Shown here piece after piece: positions 34,369-46,888 of a stretch of 50,130 nucleotides of DNA; the first letter of the stretch is position 1; each line of letters opens with the position of its first letter. Source of the stretch: Saprolegnia diclina VS20 (Eukaryota); contig NW_008246112.1 in the NCBI RefSeq assembly GCF_000281045.1, forward strand, positions 200,909 through 251,038. The letters run 5' to 3'. Made by a program: the position numbers and the translations under genes. The notes beneath the pieces were generated by a model. The model was not told where the DNA came from. It worked only from the letters and a program-made list of their open reading frames with translations, and made no database searches.

Positions 34369-34942
34369 GAGTCAATCAGTCGCGTCCAGCAATACTATAT
34401 GGAAGTGGTCCATTCGCGGCTCGTCCCACAGCAGAAGCCACAACTTCAACCGATCAAGCTCCATCGACTACACCGTCGACTAAAAATCGGCGATCGACTA
34501 GAACTCAGTTGGATTCGACTTGCCCGTAACCGTACCGGTAGCCATTGCGGTTTCAAGGTTGCGAGGATCCTACAAATGCCTTCCATAAGTCGAGATTGCA
34601 AGGCGCTTGTTGACACGAGCCCACACGGCTCTTCTATGCAACGTCCTTTGCTCAGTCCTGCTGTCCATCTTCTGCGCTGGCGTCAGCGATGACGTGGCGT
34701 CCAGCGCCAGCGCGCCGAATCGGTTCAAGAAATGCATTGTCGCAGGTATCTAATGTCACAGGTTTCGAAGCGATCATGTCTCGGAGGTTTCTGTCTTTAA
34801 TATCGCGATGCCAATTTGTATTTAGAATTTGTATTGAGATAGGCCCGTGGGCATAAAAAAGAAAACCTCTGAGAACCAATGGATCCTTCGAATCTTGCCA
34901 ATGACGCCACGCGGGGTAGGGGAGGGACCTTGGCCACAGAAC

Positions 34943-34960
34943 GCTCACTTTGCAACTTGC
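34943..34960 (+). promoter_or_regulatory. Inr/FPR core promoter of cyclophilin
   Basis: GCTCACTTTGCAACTTGC, ending about 15 nt before the ATG. Confidence 0.65.
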
Positions 34961-34974
34961 ACCTTCTTCGCAAA

Positions 34975-35490
34975 ATGGCCAACCCTATCGTCTTCTTCGA
35001 CATGACCGTCGGCGGCGCGCCCGCGGGCCGCATTGAGTTTGAGCTCTTCGCCGACAAGGTCCCGAAGACGGCCGAGAACTTCCGCGCGCTCTGCACGGGC
35101 GAGAAGGGCGTCGGCCGCTCGGGCAAGCCGCTCCACTTCAAGAACTCGGGCTTCCACCGTGTGATCCCCAACTTCATGTGCCAGGGCGGTGACTTTACGC
35201 GCGGCAACGGCACGGGCGGCGAGTCGATCTACGGCGAGAAGTTCGAGGACGAAAACTTCCTCCTCAAGCACAAGGGCGAGGGCATCCTCTCGATGGCCAA
35301 CGCCGGCCCCAACACGAACGGCTCGCAGTTCTTCATCTGCACGGTCGAGACCGCCTGGTTGGACGGCAAGCACGTCGTCTTTGGCAAGGTCATCAAGGGC
35401 ATGGACATCGTCAAGAAGATTGAGGGTGTCGGCTCGCAGTCGGGCCAGACCAAGAAGCCCGTCGTCGTCGCCGACTGCGGTCAGCTCTAA
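34975..35490 (+). CDS. CYPA: Cyclophilin A-type peptidyl-prolyl isomerase
   Basis: MANPIVFFD...[16 protein letters not shown]...[16 protein letters not shown]...[15 protein letters not shown]...[10 protein letters not shown]. Confidence 0.97.
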   Translation: MANPIVFFDMTVGGAPAGRIEFELFADKVPKTAENFRALCTGEKGVGRSGKPLHFKNSGFHRVIPNFMCQGGDFTRGNGTGGESIYGEKFEDENFLLKHKGEGILSMANAGPNTNGSQFFICTVETAWLDGKHVVFGKVIKGMDIVKKIEGVGSQSGQTKKPVVVADCGQL

Positions 35491-35557
35491 ATGCTCCCAC
35501 GCGCTCTTAATGACACAATTATTCCTTGAAAAACACATCCGCAGCGTGCCTATAGGA

Positions 35558-36647
35558 TTACGCCTGGCGCATGAGCGACCGCATGCGCGCGTCGAAGTCG
35601 GGCAGCTCCTTGAACGACGGAAAGTAGTTGACGTCGATCACAAGGTGCTGTCCCGTACGCGCGTCGATGATCACGTCAAACCCAAAGAGTGACAGCTGGG
35701 TCGCTGCTTGGATGGCACGGCCGATCGCGTGCAGCGACTCGGTCAACGCAGCGCTGATGGCCGACGACGGCGTCGCGACGACGGGCGCCGGCGCGATCGC
35801 AAACGACGCTGCCGTTGGAAACGGGCTCTGCGTGTCAAACTCGACCGACTTGGCGCCGCCACGTTCGAGGTTGGGCAGCGAGACACGCTCAGAGACGAGG
35901 ATCGTCGGGCCGAGGACATAGCCCTTGTAGAGCCGCCCATCATGGTTGACAAATTCCTGTGCAGCATCATGAGAACAACAAAGTACTGCTAAACGTAGCG
36001 TACCTGGAAGAGCAATGGACCGTCCACAGCGAGCGCTTCGACGTCCTCGACGCACGAAATGACTTTCATCATGTGGGAGGCATCCGTGCCTAGTAGACGA
36101 CGATGATGATGTCCATCCAGCTTGAGAACGTACCGCAGGCTTCGAGGGACTTGACGATCACGGGAAGTGAAAACGCGCCAGCAGCGACTTGAGCGAGAAA
36201 GGCGCGCTTGTCGTCCGGCGACGCAATGATCGCGTGGTTTGGAATCGAGAACGGAAGCCCGGACGTGGACGCGAGCGTAGCCAGCATCGCGCAGACGTCG
36301 CGCCGGTTGGTGAGCAACCGAACGCCAGCGAGCGGGTCCACAATGCGCACATGCGGGTGCTTTTGAATGTACTTGTTCATAATGGCCATGTTCTTGATGG
36401 CGGCGATATCGCCGAGCGTCTCAAAGATCATGTCGTGGGCTAGCTTGTGCAGAAGCACGTCGAAGGCGCCGAACTTGGTGGTGATGTCCTCGACGCTCGA
36501 GACCACGTCGAGGTCGATGTGGACAAAGTGAACGCCATCGGCCTGACTGCGCAGCAGCTCCTGCATGCGCCCATTGCGCGTCTTCTTGAGCGGCAAGATG
36601 ACCCCGACACAGACGACCGTGGGGCGCTCCATCGTCGGCGATTGCAT
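35558..36647 (-). CDS. ITPK1: Inositol-tetrakisphosphate 1-kinase (ATP-grasp), 2 introns
   Basis: FDVLLHKL, PVIVKSLEACG, SHMM, QEFVNHDGRLYKGYVLG, SLPN, LFGFDVI and VIDVNYFPSF. Confidence 0.9.
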
Positions 36648-37038
36648 CCTTGGGCAAAAATCTTATTAGGACTTTTGGGCGTGTTGTGCGGCCCGCCCGT
36701 GAAGCTCGCTAAACGCACGCCACTAAGATATCGTTCTCGGTGAACGCGTCTGAGTTTATAGTCTTGAACTCAAGACAGTACGGTACTTGCAAATGGAAAT
36801 CGGCTTGGCAATATGAGCAATGCCCCCCATGAGCGGTGATTCGAGGCTGCAAGGAGCAAATCCCAGCATGACGATGCCAGGTGGCGTGTGCCTAGCCATT
36901 ATTTTATTATTGTACTGTGACTTGTATATTGTATGTTCGTTTTGATCTAGGATTTAAGTTTAAAGTAGGTGTCAAGTAGGACTTTGTGCAAGGAAGCGCG
37001 CACGCCCAGCGGCCCCGTCCTCGCCATCACTTGCCAAG

Positions 37039-37906
37039 ATGCTTCGACCGCTTCGCTGCATGGGCCTGCGCCACCGTCTCGTGCGCCGTCTCTCGACTGC
37101 TCCGGCGCTGCCGTACTCGTGGGCGACCTCCGATAACGTCGACCGGTCTCTCTGCTGCGACCCCTTTCTCCAGCCGAGCGATCTCCAGGTCATGACCGAA
37201 GTGATCTCCGAGGACGACGAGCAGCGCCTTGCGGACGAAGCCGCGACCCTCCTTCGTCGGCGGCGCTACGAGACAGATCATTGGGACCAAGTCATCGTCA
37301 ACTTCAAAGAGATGGAGACGACCAAGTGGAGCGCAGGTACACCCACCACCTTCAACGTCGGGAAGGCGCTTACATGTAGTCTTCGTAGAGGCCAAGGCCA
37401 TCTTGGCGCACTTGCGGTCGCTGTCAGTGATGCCACCGCAACTGACGTACTTTCCAACCGTCCATGTCATCGACCTCGCCGAAGCGGGGTACATCAAGCC
37501 CCACGTCGACTCGATCAAGGTTCACGACCTTCCTGGTGTGTCACCGCTGATCGCTGATCTGTAGTTTTCCGGCCAAATCGTCGCTGGCATTAGCTTGCTC
37601 TCGCCGTCTGTGATGCGCTTCAAAGAAGAGGTTGGGCCGTCGCAGCTCGATGCGCTCCTGCCGCGCCGATCGTTCTACTGCATGAGGTAGCTGTCGATAG
37701 CAGCATTATCGTATCCTCACACGCGTCGTAGTGGCGGTGTCCGCTACCGCTACACGCACGAGATCCTGCCGGGCCACCAGACGTTTCAAGGCCGCGACGT
37801 CGAGCGCACACGGCGTATCTCGATCATGTTTCGTGACGTCTTTGACGAGACCGCCAAGTCCATCTCCGATGACATGCTGCAAATCGCTGCGAGTCGGACT
37901 TCGTAG
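37039..37906 (+). CDS. ALKBH7: Mitochondrial AlkB homolog 7 (2OG/Fe dioxygenase), 3 introns
   Basis: RRRYETDHWDQVIVNFKEME, HVIDLAEAGYIKPHVDSIK|FSGQIVAGISLLS, RYRYTHEIL and RRISIMFR. Confidence 0.88.
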
Positions 37907-38577
37907 ATTGCGACAGCCCTAACAACACCCACTAGATAGATAAAGGGCCCTTGACACTACTTGCCCCTGTGCCATCCTATTCTTGATCGCAACGTCACGA
38001 CTGTCCTTGCCCCAACGAGCATGGCCGTGGGAAGAATGCACTGCTTGATTCGGCGTCGTACTGAGCCCCTAATCACCTCGTACTTGACTGCTACGAGTGC
38101 TTGAGCTTCTTCAGGGCCTCGTCGCTGGTATCCTGCGAGCGCTTCTTGCCGCGGGTGCAGCCTTCGGTGGCGACTAGAGAAAGCACGACAGTACACATCA
38201 TCGCCGTGCGAAGCAGACACGTATACTACCTCATTGCTACGATCAGCTTCATCGTGGATCGCGGAAGGGACGCTGAGGTTCACGTCCACGGCCGTGTTTT
38301 CTAAAACATAGTACGTAAGCAAGCGATAAGCGATCGCTGGCTACCAATGTTGTCGGCCCCAGTGCCCATGGGCGGGCAAAGGAGGCTGACCCACACGATC
38401 ATTTCTGCGGAGAGCTTGCGGATGCACTCGGTGCGGTTGGGGCTGCCTCGCTCGGCTTGACGCAACAGTTCGTGATGGCCTTGCGACTACCGCTTCGAAG
38501 ACAACGCCAGACAAAGGGAGGCCGTACTCCCAAACACCGGCGTGTGTACTACGAGACAAATAGGAAACTAAAGCTAG

Positions 38578-38999
38578 TATTCTAGGCCACGTGCTGCGAC
38601 TGGGTCGCGACGTCCCGGCCAAATTGGCTGCGGACCGCTTCTTTGCCCCATCCGAGGCGCCCCGTTTCTTAGGACGCACCAAGATCACGCTGCCGATCGT
38701 CCTGCACCGCGACCTCCAGTCGCTGACGCCGCCACAGTCGCTGGAGGACCTTGACACACTGCGTAGCTTTGCCGCCGACCGCGACGCCTGGAAAGATTTG
38801 ACCGACCGTGTCGTCACGGGCCGCACCCGCGGCCACAAGCGTCGTAGGGCGACGACAGAAGAGCCAGACGAGCCCCCGCGCCGCCGCCTGCGCAGCCACG
38901 GCCCGGCGAGCGAATGAAGAAGAAGGAGATTGCTAGTCTCTACGTAGGCGAAGTCTTTGTGTGATTATGAAGATAACGCGAAACACGTTCATATGTATA
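38578..38999 (+). mobile_element. 5'-truncated non-LTR (RTE-like LINE) fragment inserted into the left LTR
   Basis: Flanked by a 9-bp duplication TAAAGCTAG (38569-38577 and 39000-39008). Encodes LGHVLR...GRTKITLPIVLHRDL...LRSFAADRDAWKDL, typical of an RTE ORF2 C-terminus, and ends in a TA-rich tail. Confidence 0.7.
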
Positions 39000-39171
39000 T
39001 AAAGCTAGCTGACTGCTTGAGCCCTGCTGTCAACCATCGTGGCGGGAATGGTGTTCAGGCCGCAGCCGCTGTCCGGCACACACGGTACGTCAAGGACGCT
39101 GTTGAGCGTCAAAGCCATGTGGCCTTCGCTGCCCGAAAGAAGCTGGCCGAGACCAGAGGCTCGAAGGTGAC

Positions 39172-40170
39172 TCAACTTGGTCTTCTTCTTGTCACCGCCC
39201 CGTTGCCCTCGTTGCCGCCTTGTTTGCTGCCGTCGCCGCCTCCGCCACGACGACTGCTCTTCCAGTTCTTCTTGACGGCAATCGCCTTCTGCTTGGCGCT
39301 CGAACTCGGGCAGTCCCGCAATTTGTGCTTCTTGCTGCCGCAGTGCCAGCACGGACGTTCCGTGCCATCGTTCTTGCGTTCTTGTCGCACTGGCGGCTTG
39401 TTGTCCTTCTGCTTCAACTTGCGCTTCTTCTTCTTGCGCACACCTTGCTGCTCCTTGTGCGACGGTTTCTCGTCTTCGCCGGACGACTCCTTGTCACGAA
39501 GACGCTTCGTCTTGGGGCTCCACGACTTGTAAAAAAATGCCCGCTTGAGGATGATCTTCTCAAGGTGCTGAAGGCCAGCTTGATTGTTGACAGCCAGCTT
39601 CTCTTCGAGCAGCTGCATCACGTCCGTCTCAAGCTCTTGAGGACGGAGCCGTTGAATGAGCGCCTTGAAGATATTGGCCTTGAGCTTGCTGTTCTGCAGC
39701 TTGTCACTGAGGCCATTGTCTTCAATTGCTTGGTCGGCCTTGAAAAGGAAATTGCTGACCCGCGCGCGAACGTCTTCTTCGCCGTAATCGAGCTCGAGCG
39801 AGGTGAAGATCTTGTCGTACGTGAGCACCGCTTGGTTGGCCCGCGTGTCGATGATGGCGTTGATTTGTTCCCAAAGCTTCTCTTCGGGCACGTTCTGCAG
39901 GTTGTAGTCGTCCCAGAGGTCCCACGAGGTCTTCATCAGGAACTCGAGATACCCCACCGGTGTGAACGAGTCACGGACCGGAACACACGTCGCTGCGTAA
40001 CTCCGGTTGGTTTGCTGACACTCGCGCCGCATGGAGGTCTCGTATTCGAGGCGCGCCCGCTTCCACGCGACCACGTCACGACGGGCGATGCTCTTGAACT
40101 CCGGGTGCACAAGCTGCGAGAGCACGACGACGCCACTCATCGCCATCGCCGCTTGTCCTGGAGCCGCCAT
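39172..40170 (-). CDS. Retrotransposon Gag with CCHC zinc knuckle
   Basis: WKRARLEYE N-terminal motif, a basic region and CWHCGSKKHKLRDC. A frameshifted LNSVLDVPCVPDSGCGLNTIP aspartic protease stub follows at ~39040-39110. Confidence 0.8.
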   Translation of the reverse strand: MAAPGQAAMAMSGVVVLSQLVHPEFKSIARRDVVAWKRARLEYETSMRRECQQTNRSYAATCVPVRDSFTPVGYLEFLMKTSWDLWDDYNLQNVPEEKLWEQINAIIDTRANQAVLTYDKIFTSLELDYGEEDVRARVSNFLFKADQAIEDNGLSDKLQNSKLKANIFKALIQRLRPQELETDVMQLLEEKLAVNNQAGLQHLEKIILKRAFFYKSWSPKTKRLRDKESSGEDEKPSHKEQQGVRKKKKRKLKQKDNKPPVRQERKNDGTERPCWHCGSKKHKLRDCPSSSAKQKAIAVKKNWKSSRRGGGGDGSKQGGNEGNGAVTRRRPS

Positions 40171-41389
40171 CGTGTTGCGACCCGAGATCTTCTTCTTGAG
40201 CGAGTAGTGGTCGCTAAAGTCGACTTTGTGTGACCGCTTCCGCTTCGAAAACAACGCCAGAAAAAGGGAGGCCGTACTCCCAAACACCGGCGTGTGTACT
40301 ACGAGGCAAATAGGAAACTAAAGCTAGCTGACTGCCCGAGCCCTGGCCACAGGCTCCTGTACAGTCCCATCCCAACGGTCTTCCGGTAGGACGATCTACT
40401 GATAGATTGATACAAACACATCGCCTTGTCTCGACCAAGTGGTTCGAGAGCTGTGCGGATATGAATATCCAGTGCTCAACCACTGTTTGAGGCATCTACT
40501 GCCACAGTTGGACCAGTTACGCGCATGGGTTACGCGTCTAGGTTCGCTGGGACGCACGCTCTTCGCGCGTCGCATTCGGCCACATGACCTCCAGGATCGT
40601 ATCCAAACAGCCCCAAAGGCTCGTTGCGATAACGAGCTCAATGTCCTGACGCAGCATCCACTTGGCAGTGCCCTACTCCATGCCTTCAGCATGCGACTGC
40701 GAGGTGAGAATGATGTGAACCTTGTAGTCGAGCTTGCCCGACCCCGTTACGCTATCGAGCCGCGCAGTCGCTGCTACGAACGTGGCGAACTGTCGCGTGC
40801 GTCGGCGTACCATCGGGCAGTGTGGTGCGCGGGGTGCGCCGCTACGTTCACTAGAACCATGAGACACGAGCAGGTGGCAGCACAGAGCACCTCGTCGGCC
40901 ATCCCGTCGGCGGCCACGCCATGTGCCGTGTTCGTCTCTGCCAGAGGCGGTGCATGAGATCCTCCTTCGTGGGTCAGCTTTGATGGGGTAGTCGTAGGCT
41001 GCACCTGGATATGCTCCGAGCCCATTCTGCACTGACGTTACCGATACTGTGGGGTGTAGCTGCACAAGCGCTGTGGTGGACTCTGTCAGCTGCAACCCTG
41101 ACCGCAACCTGTTGGGACAGATAGATCTTCAAGATCGTCCGACTAGGTTCTACGTACGCCAGCCTTCCTCGTCGCTTCGCAGGCCACTGTATAGCTCGTT
41201 TGGCATCGTATTGCTGTTCTGGCTGCTACGAATCCACGCCTGCTCTTGCGCGCTTCATCGCCTGGACGGTCAAGGAGTTGGTCGCGGGCGGTATGCATCT
41301 ACTTATAAACACTATTAATGCCCCAATAAATATAGTATATTGACACTATTTCAGGTACGCACGTCGCCACACACCGAGCACAAGCAAGC

Positions 41390-44193
41390 ATGGCCACGTG
41401 CCCCGGGACTCCGCGGCCGTCGGCGCAAGAGGTCCAGGACTACATTGACAAGCGTGACATGGTCTTTGGTCTGGGCGGCAACGCCGAGCTCTCGCCGCGC
41501 CCGTCACCTCGCAACCCGTCGCGAGGCGTCCCGACGCCGGACCGCACGTACCGGTCACTGTTCCAGCAGCCGGCGATTGACGTGCAGCTTGCGCACACCG
41601 AGCACGATTGGTACGACTTTCTCTTCCAGCCCACCAAGCTTCTCGACCACACGCGGGCGCTACTGGCGGACCCGACGTCGACGCCGACGGCCCATGACGT
41701 GCTCACGGAGTTGCTCAAGAAGGTCAAGAACCCGGCAGCCGCGTACAGCAACACCAACCCGACCGAGCCGAGCGCGCGCCACAACACGCTGCTGTGCCTT
41801 GCCGCGCTCGTCGTGCTCCAGCTCAAGTTTGACCTCACCGACATTGAAGCCACGGTGCCGACGCAGCTGCAGAGCCTCCTGCTCGACGGTCTCGTCGAGT
41901 ACGCGACCAACCCGCGCGTGCTGCGCCTCCACGAAGTCGAGCACATTAGCGTCGACGAAGCATCCGTGCTGCGTGCGCGCTGGCAGCTGCGCATTGCCGT
42001 CAAGAAGATGCACATCTCGCCGCTCACGCTCGTGGGCAAGCTGCCGCTGAGCGACAACACCAAGCCGCCACCAGACGAGGTCGAGCAGCTCAATGGCATC
42101 TCGCTGCCGTCCATGCAACACATTCTCGACGACCTCGACCGACTCCTCCCGTCGATGGCGTCGCAGCCGCTCCTGCAACACCTTGCCTTCAATGACATGG
42201 GCGTCTACCACTTTCACAAAAAGCAGTTTGCATCCGCGCTGCAGTGCTTTACGAAGGCGCGCGAGACGACGACCGAGGTACGAGCTTGCCACGTCATTTT
42301 CTCACAAAAGTTCGTGGCAGGCGGTCGCACCAGCGCTGGCCGGGTACATCCACGCGTGCGAAGCCGTCTTGGGCACCAATGGTACGTAGCCCACAGCGTT
42401 TATAGCCTAAGAACCAATCTTATGGCCTTTAGTCACCGCCACCGACCATCCATTCCAAGGCGCGTGGGACCGCAATGACTATAGCACGTTGCTCACGTTG
42501 CTGCAAGCCGAGACGCACAAGAAGGCGACGAACGAGCCCGTCGCGCTCTCGCCAACGTACAGTACCGCCCTTGTAGACTGCATCTATACGCTGCCGTATA
42601 GACTCCAAAGCTTCTTGGAAGCGCAAGTGCTGCAATCGCTGCCTCAGAGCCGCGACGCCGAGCTCGAGATGCTGCAGCAAGTCTACCTCGTTCTTCTCGT
42701 CCATCGGGTTTGCTGCATTCCGGCATCGCTCTGTGCATGAACGTATCCTAGGCGCTGCGGTCGTCGATCCTATCGGCTGGGAAAGCTGCCGTGTGCCAGT
42801 ACCACCGAGTGCCCGGTCTTGGCAAGCACCGCACGTTTCTCGTCGCCTACATCCAGAGCGTCCTGGCGGCGTGCCCGGACGCTGCCTTGAAAAAGCTTTT
42901 GGACGTGGTCGCGACAGAGGCGCCGGCGCCGGAGGACGAGCGTCCAAGCACCAAGCGACAGCGCGTAGCGTATGCAGCGCTGGCGGCACCCCAAGACGCT
43001 GGGAGTGCCGTGCACCAGCTATGGGCGCGTGGCGCATACACCGCTTTGCGCGATCCCCAGAGCGAACGTACATCTATTCCTTTACTGGCCTCTGGCTCAT
43101 ACAAACGCGTACATTAGACACCTCGCCGGTCGTGGCGGCGGTCGCAGCTCTCATGGAGTACACGTCGCAGCCGCCGGGTGACTTTGGCGTCAAGCGCGCG
43201 ATCGCGCTGCTCGAAGGCGTCGTGGCCGCGATGAAAGAGTCCAAGCAATCGACCGCGGTGGCGGAACTTCCGATTCCCGCACTTGACGCGCTCATTTCGC
43301 TCTGCGCCGGTCTCTTGCAGCGTGCGTATGCACTCAACCTCGTACGTGCGCGTCCATCGTCGCGCACTCTGGGCTCAGAGATGGTGCGTAGTGTGAGTAC
43401 CGTATTTCGTACGACCTCGTGCCATACAGCGACCTCGCCATCATGCTTGCGTTTGGCCCGAACGATGCGGGCGGCGCGATGGACCCGGTCCAGTCGATGA
43501 AGCTCGCGCAAAGCGACGTTGTCAAGCTGCACCAGCTCGTGCTCAACACGCTTCTCTCGCGGAGTCCGCGGGAGCCGCGCTGGCACGTGGCGATGGCCGA
43601 TGTGTGTGTCAACCCCATCGTGCTCCAAAAGCTGTCGTCGGTCGGCGGTCCGCTTTCGCATTGAGTCACTCGATCGCTCATGGTTGGCTTAGACTACAAG
43701 ACGGCGCTGCGTCACTACTTGGCGGCGGCGTCGCTGGCCACCAACTTTTTCGCGTCCGGTACGGTCGACCTCATTGACCAGAGCTCGCTCGTGCGCTTGA
43801 GCCACTGCCTCGTCAAGCTCGGCGCGCACGTGCCCGCGGCTGTGCTCTACCAGTGTTTCCAGCACGACGAGGTCGTGTACGGGCTGCGGATGCTGCAGCT
43901 CTCGCCGCAGACGCACGACGCAACGTTCTTTCAGTACTTTTGGGAGCTCGCGTTTCTCGAGATGCTCGTGCACGTGCACGCGACGGCCAAGCAAGGCACA
44001 CCGAGGTAGGCAGATGGGGTATATCTATGTATCAAGTTGATATTGTAGTCATGTGCAGCTGCTCACGCAGCTCCTTCAGTGCCCCGAGCTCAACGCGTCC
44101 AACCCCGGGAGCAGCAAGGACGACATGAAGCACCGCATCTTGCGCAGCTACTTTCGCGAACTCTGCCGCGTGTACCTCGTGCAAGACCTTTAA
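41390..44193 (+). CDS. INTS8: Integrator complex subunit 8-like (multi-exon)
   Basis: N-terminal DWYDFLFQPTKLLDH (compare WFEFLL). The C-terminus YKTALRHYLAAA...AAVLYQCF...FFQYFWELAFLEML...PELNASNP...YFRELCRVYL matches the INTS8 C-terminal pattern as recalled. Confidence 0.75.
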
Positions 44194-44811
44194 CGTTCAT
44201 CGATACTTGCATCTAACGTGCGCTTTGGATCGATCCGATCGATGCTGTCTTGGATACGTATTGGATAGGATACGTGCGCACTATCCACACCCTCCACTAA
44301 ACCAGGATCGCTGGAAGAAACAAGATCCAGATACCTTGCGACACCACGTATCGCTGGCTGGCAACTGCGAAGCATCCCGTCGCTCTTGAACCAGCGACGA
44401 CGAGGACACTAGAGTAGAGTGATAGCATTTATTCCCTTGCCTCCTTCGAGCTGTGGCCGCTGGCACAAAAGCTTGCAGTGGGCATTGGACAGATCAAACT
44501 CGCTGGCCAGCTTGAGCTTTGCGCTCTTCAAATATGCGAGGTAGAGCCGTCCAACTCAGGCGGCGCATCTACGTCTGCTTCGAGAGATCGGCGACGTGGT
44601 ATGCTGGGCTTCCGGCTCTTGTCCATTTTGGCCAGCAATTCTACTTTGGCGGGTGCTGAAGACGATGCAAGTCTGGTGCATATTGCGTGCTTCTGTCAAC
44701 TTCGGCAAAGATCGTGATTCCCCCAATCACCGCACAGGATGATATGGATTGGATAAAAAGAAGTGGCCAATCACGTGCGAGCCAAGTGGAGACTGGTTCA
44801 AAGCGCGACCC

Positions 44812-45295
44812 ATGAGCGGCCACCAGAAGCTCTGCGCGACGCGGTGTCCTCTGCCGCCGGCGGCCGACGAGCGCGTCCACGTGCTGCCATGCAAGGTCAA
44901 ATACGATGGCAAGGCGCCAATCTCGTCGTACTTTGTCGTCGAGGATGCTGGCGACGCCAAGGCGGCGCGCTTCCGCGGGATCGAGCTCAGTGGCACCGAG
45001 GTGCACCTCGACGCGCTCGGCTACGCGGGCCTCGTCATGGTCGACGAAGGCGTGCCAGATGAGACCGCCGAAGACGACTTTAACGCCTTCTCGTCCGACG
45101 CGCCGTCAGCGCCGAGTTCGATCTGGGAGATCGAAGGCCACTTTGCGACGTTGGTCGACTGGCAGACCAAGGACTTGCCGTCGCACGATGCAATCGTCAA
45201 GCGCTTGGCGCACTGGAACAGCATCTCCGCTGCGGTAATCTACATATGCACGTCTTCCTCGCTCATGCTGCGGCGATTAGATCCATGACGACTGA
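44812..45295 (+). CDS. RNASEH2C: Ribonuclease H2 subunit C (1 intron)
   Basis: VHVLPCKVKYDGKAPISSYF, ARFRGIELSG, GYAGLV and WNSISAA|IHDD*. Confidence 0.88.
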
Positions 45296-45336
45296 CGGTG
45301 CAAATTCACGTCCTTACGTTGTAGCAGCACTCTATT

Positions 45337-46117
45337 CTATCGTCGAAAGAACGACGCCTTGCTTTCTTGCATCGCCTTGTAGCGACCCGCATAGTACCCC
45401 GACTGATACCATGAGAGGAGGAGCTTGGAGAGATCGTCGTCCTGGACCATCGGTGGCGCCGGCGCCAAGCCTGGCATACCTGGCAGTCCGCCATGTTGCT
45501 GCTGACAGCCGTACGGACACGTCGGCGCGGGGTGTGGCGCAAAGGACGGCGACGCGCCCTGCGCCATAGCATGCGCGTAGGCACGGGCATACGCATCAGC
45601 GTACTGCTCGTTCGATCGCGGTGTGGGCTGCGAGTACGCTGCGTGTGGCGAGGGGTACGCCGCGTGCGGGGGTGTCAGCGGTGGGTAATTGTGCGCTGGG
45701 AAGGCAGCGTGCGAGGGTGTATCATAGCCGTGCGAGTGGTAGTACGCTGCCTCTGGTGGGAAGGTCGACTGATGGGCTTGGAATGAACTGCCGGTTGCGT
45801 GCGGTGGCGTGTGCATGGGTACACTACGATGCGACACAGCGGGCGACTTGGGCGGGCTCAATGCATGCGTGTGCGGTGTGGCGGAAGCATGCGTCGGCGC
45901 GTGGCTCTATGTTGCATGAGGCCGAGCTCCATGGGCGGCGAGGTGTACCGCGGCGCGTGGAGCGTGTTTGGCCGGCTTGGCCTTGCGCTTGTTCACAGCG
46001 GCATCAAATGCCTACTCGAGCATGACGCAGTCGTTCCTTGCAGATGTGCTAGCAGCACGCTACGATGTGTAGTACCTTCATGATAGCCAGGTCATCCCAT
46101 TGCTCGTCGTCCGCCAT
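45337..46117 (-). CDS. SMN: Survival motor neuron (SMN)-like protein (2 introns)
   Basis: N-terminal Gemin2-binding motif MADDEQWDDLAIMK|AFDAAV and C-terminal YG box DDDLSKLLLSWYQSGYYAGRY. Confidence 0.82.
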
Positions 46118-46483
46118 CTCCCTGCGAGCGCTCACTGTGGCGTCCAGTTGGAAACGATTTCTGATTCGCCAAAAGGGTGCATTATATGCACCAATCACAA
46201 CCCAGTGATATTTACGGTTGAATGGTGTAAAAATACCGGTAATGTTACAGTAGAGCTATGGCCAATATTTGTATATATGTGGCCTTGACAGTACGTATAT
46301 TCCTCTCGCACGCTCCAGGTATAGAGTAAGCTGAAGCGCCACCGGACGGTAGTAGGATATCTAGATTAGGATGTTGGGAGGTTAGGAAAAGGTTTAGAGG
46401 CCGATCGTGCGGCTGGGAGGTGTAAAGATCTTATCCGGAAGGGATGACCGGTATATCGGCAATTTGCACGTAGTTTGTCAACG

Positions 46484-46888
46484 CTAGTGTAAATATACAC
46501 GTACCAGCGTGAAACCGGTGACTCTCGTTGGGCGAAGTTGGGGTTGGTGCAACACATCATGCTGTGTATCGCAGCCGGCTAACAAAGCTACAACACAGCG
46601 CGTGTCCATTTTGGTGCACGCCTTCGCCTTGACAAGGGTCAACCTCGACTCGCTCCGCTCCCGGGACATGGCTGAAAAGTCACATTCGTTCACAGAAGAG
46701 AGGAATCATTGGGCATGCAAACGGATTCCAAATTGGTCAATCGGATGTACAGTGCGGCGCCAAAAGTGCAGATTTTGCAACTCGCGCTCAAACGATGCCA
46801 CGAATTCGTTCAAAATCCCGCTAATTGAAGTGTAGTGAAAAGAAATGTGGCGTCCTTCCTCCCACGGCATCTGGGTGACCATAGACAA
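46484..46888 (-). pseudogene. Degraded coding remnant of unknown origin
   Basis: ORFs 46706-46888 and 46484-46693 are in one frame, interrupted by a single TGA. Protein-like text but not identified. Confidence 0.3.

Larger units (their letters stand above)
38482..40351 (-). mobile_element. Internally deleted Ty3/Gypsy LTR retrotransposon (gag plus protease stub between short direct repeats)
   Basis: Near-identical direct repeats at 38491-38577 + 39001-39026 and 40240-40345, with approximate TG...CA ends. They enclose a gag ORF and a DSG protease motif, with no RT or integrase. Confidence 0.75.

Noticed and set aside
40360..41330. ORFs 40439-40957 (+) and 40673-41107 (-)
   Set aside because: No motif or codon bias that I can recognise; probably degraded repeat sequence.
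8946..46117. Apparent snRNP-biogenesis cluster (SmD1, SF3A1, INTS8, SMN)
   Set aside because: The genes are spread over 37 kb among unrelated genes with no shared organisation; chance is sufficient.
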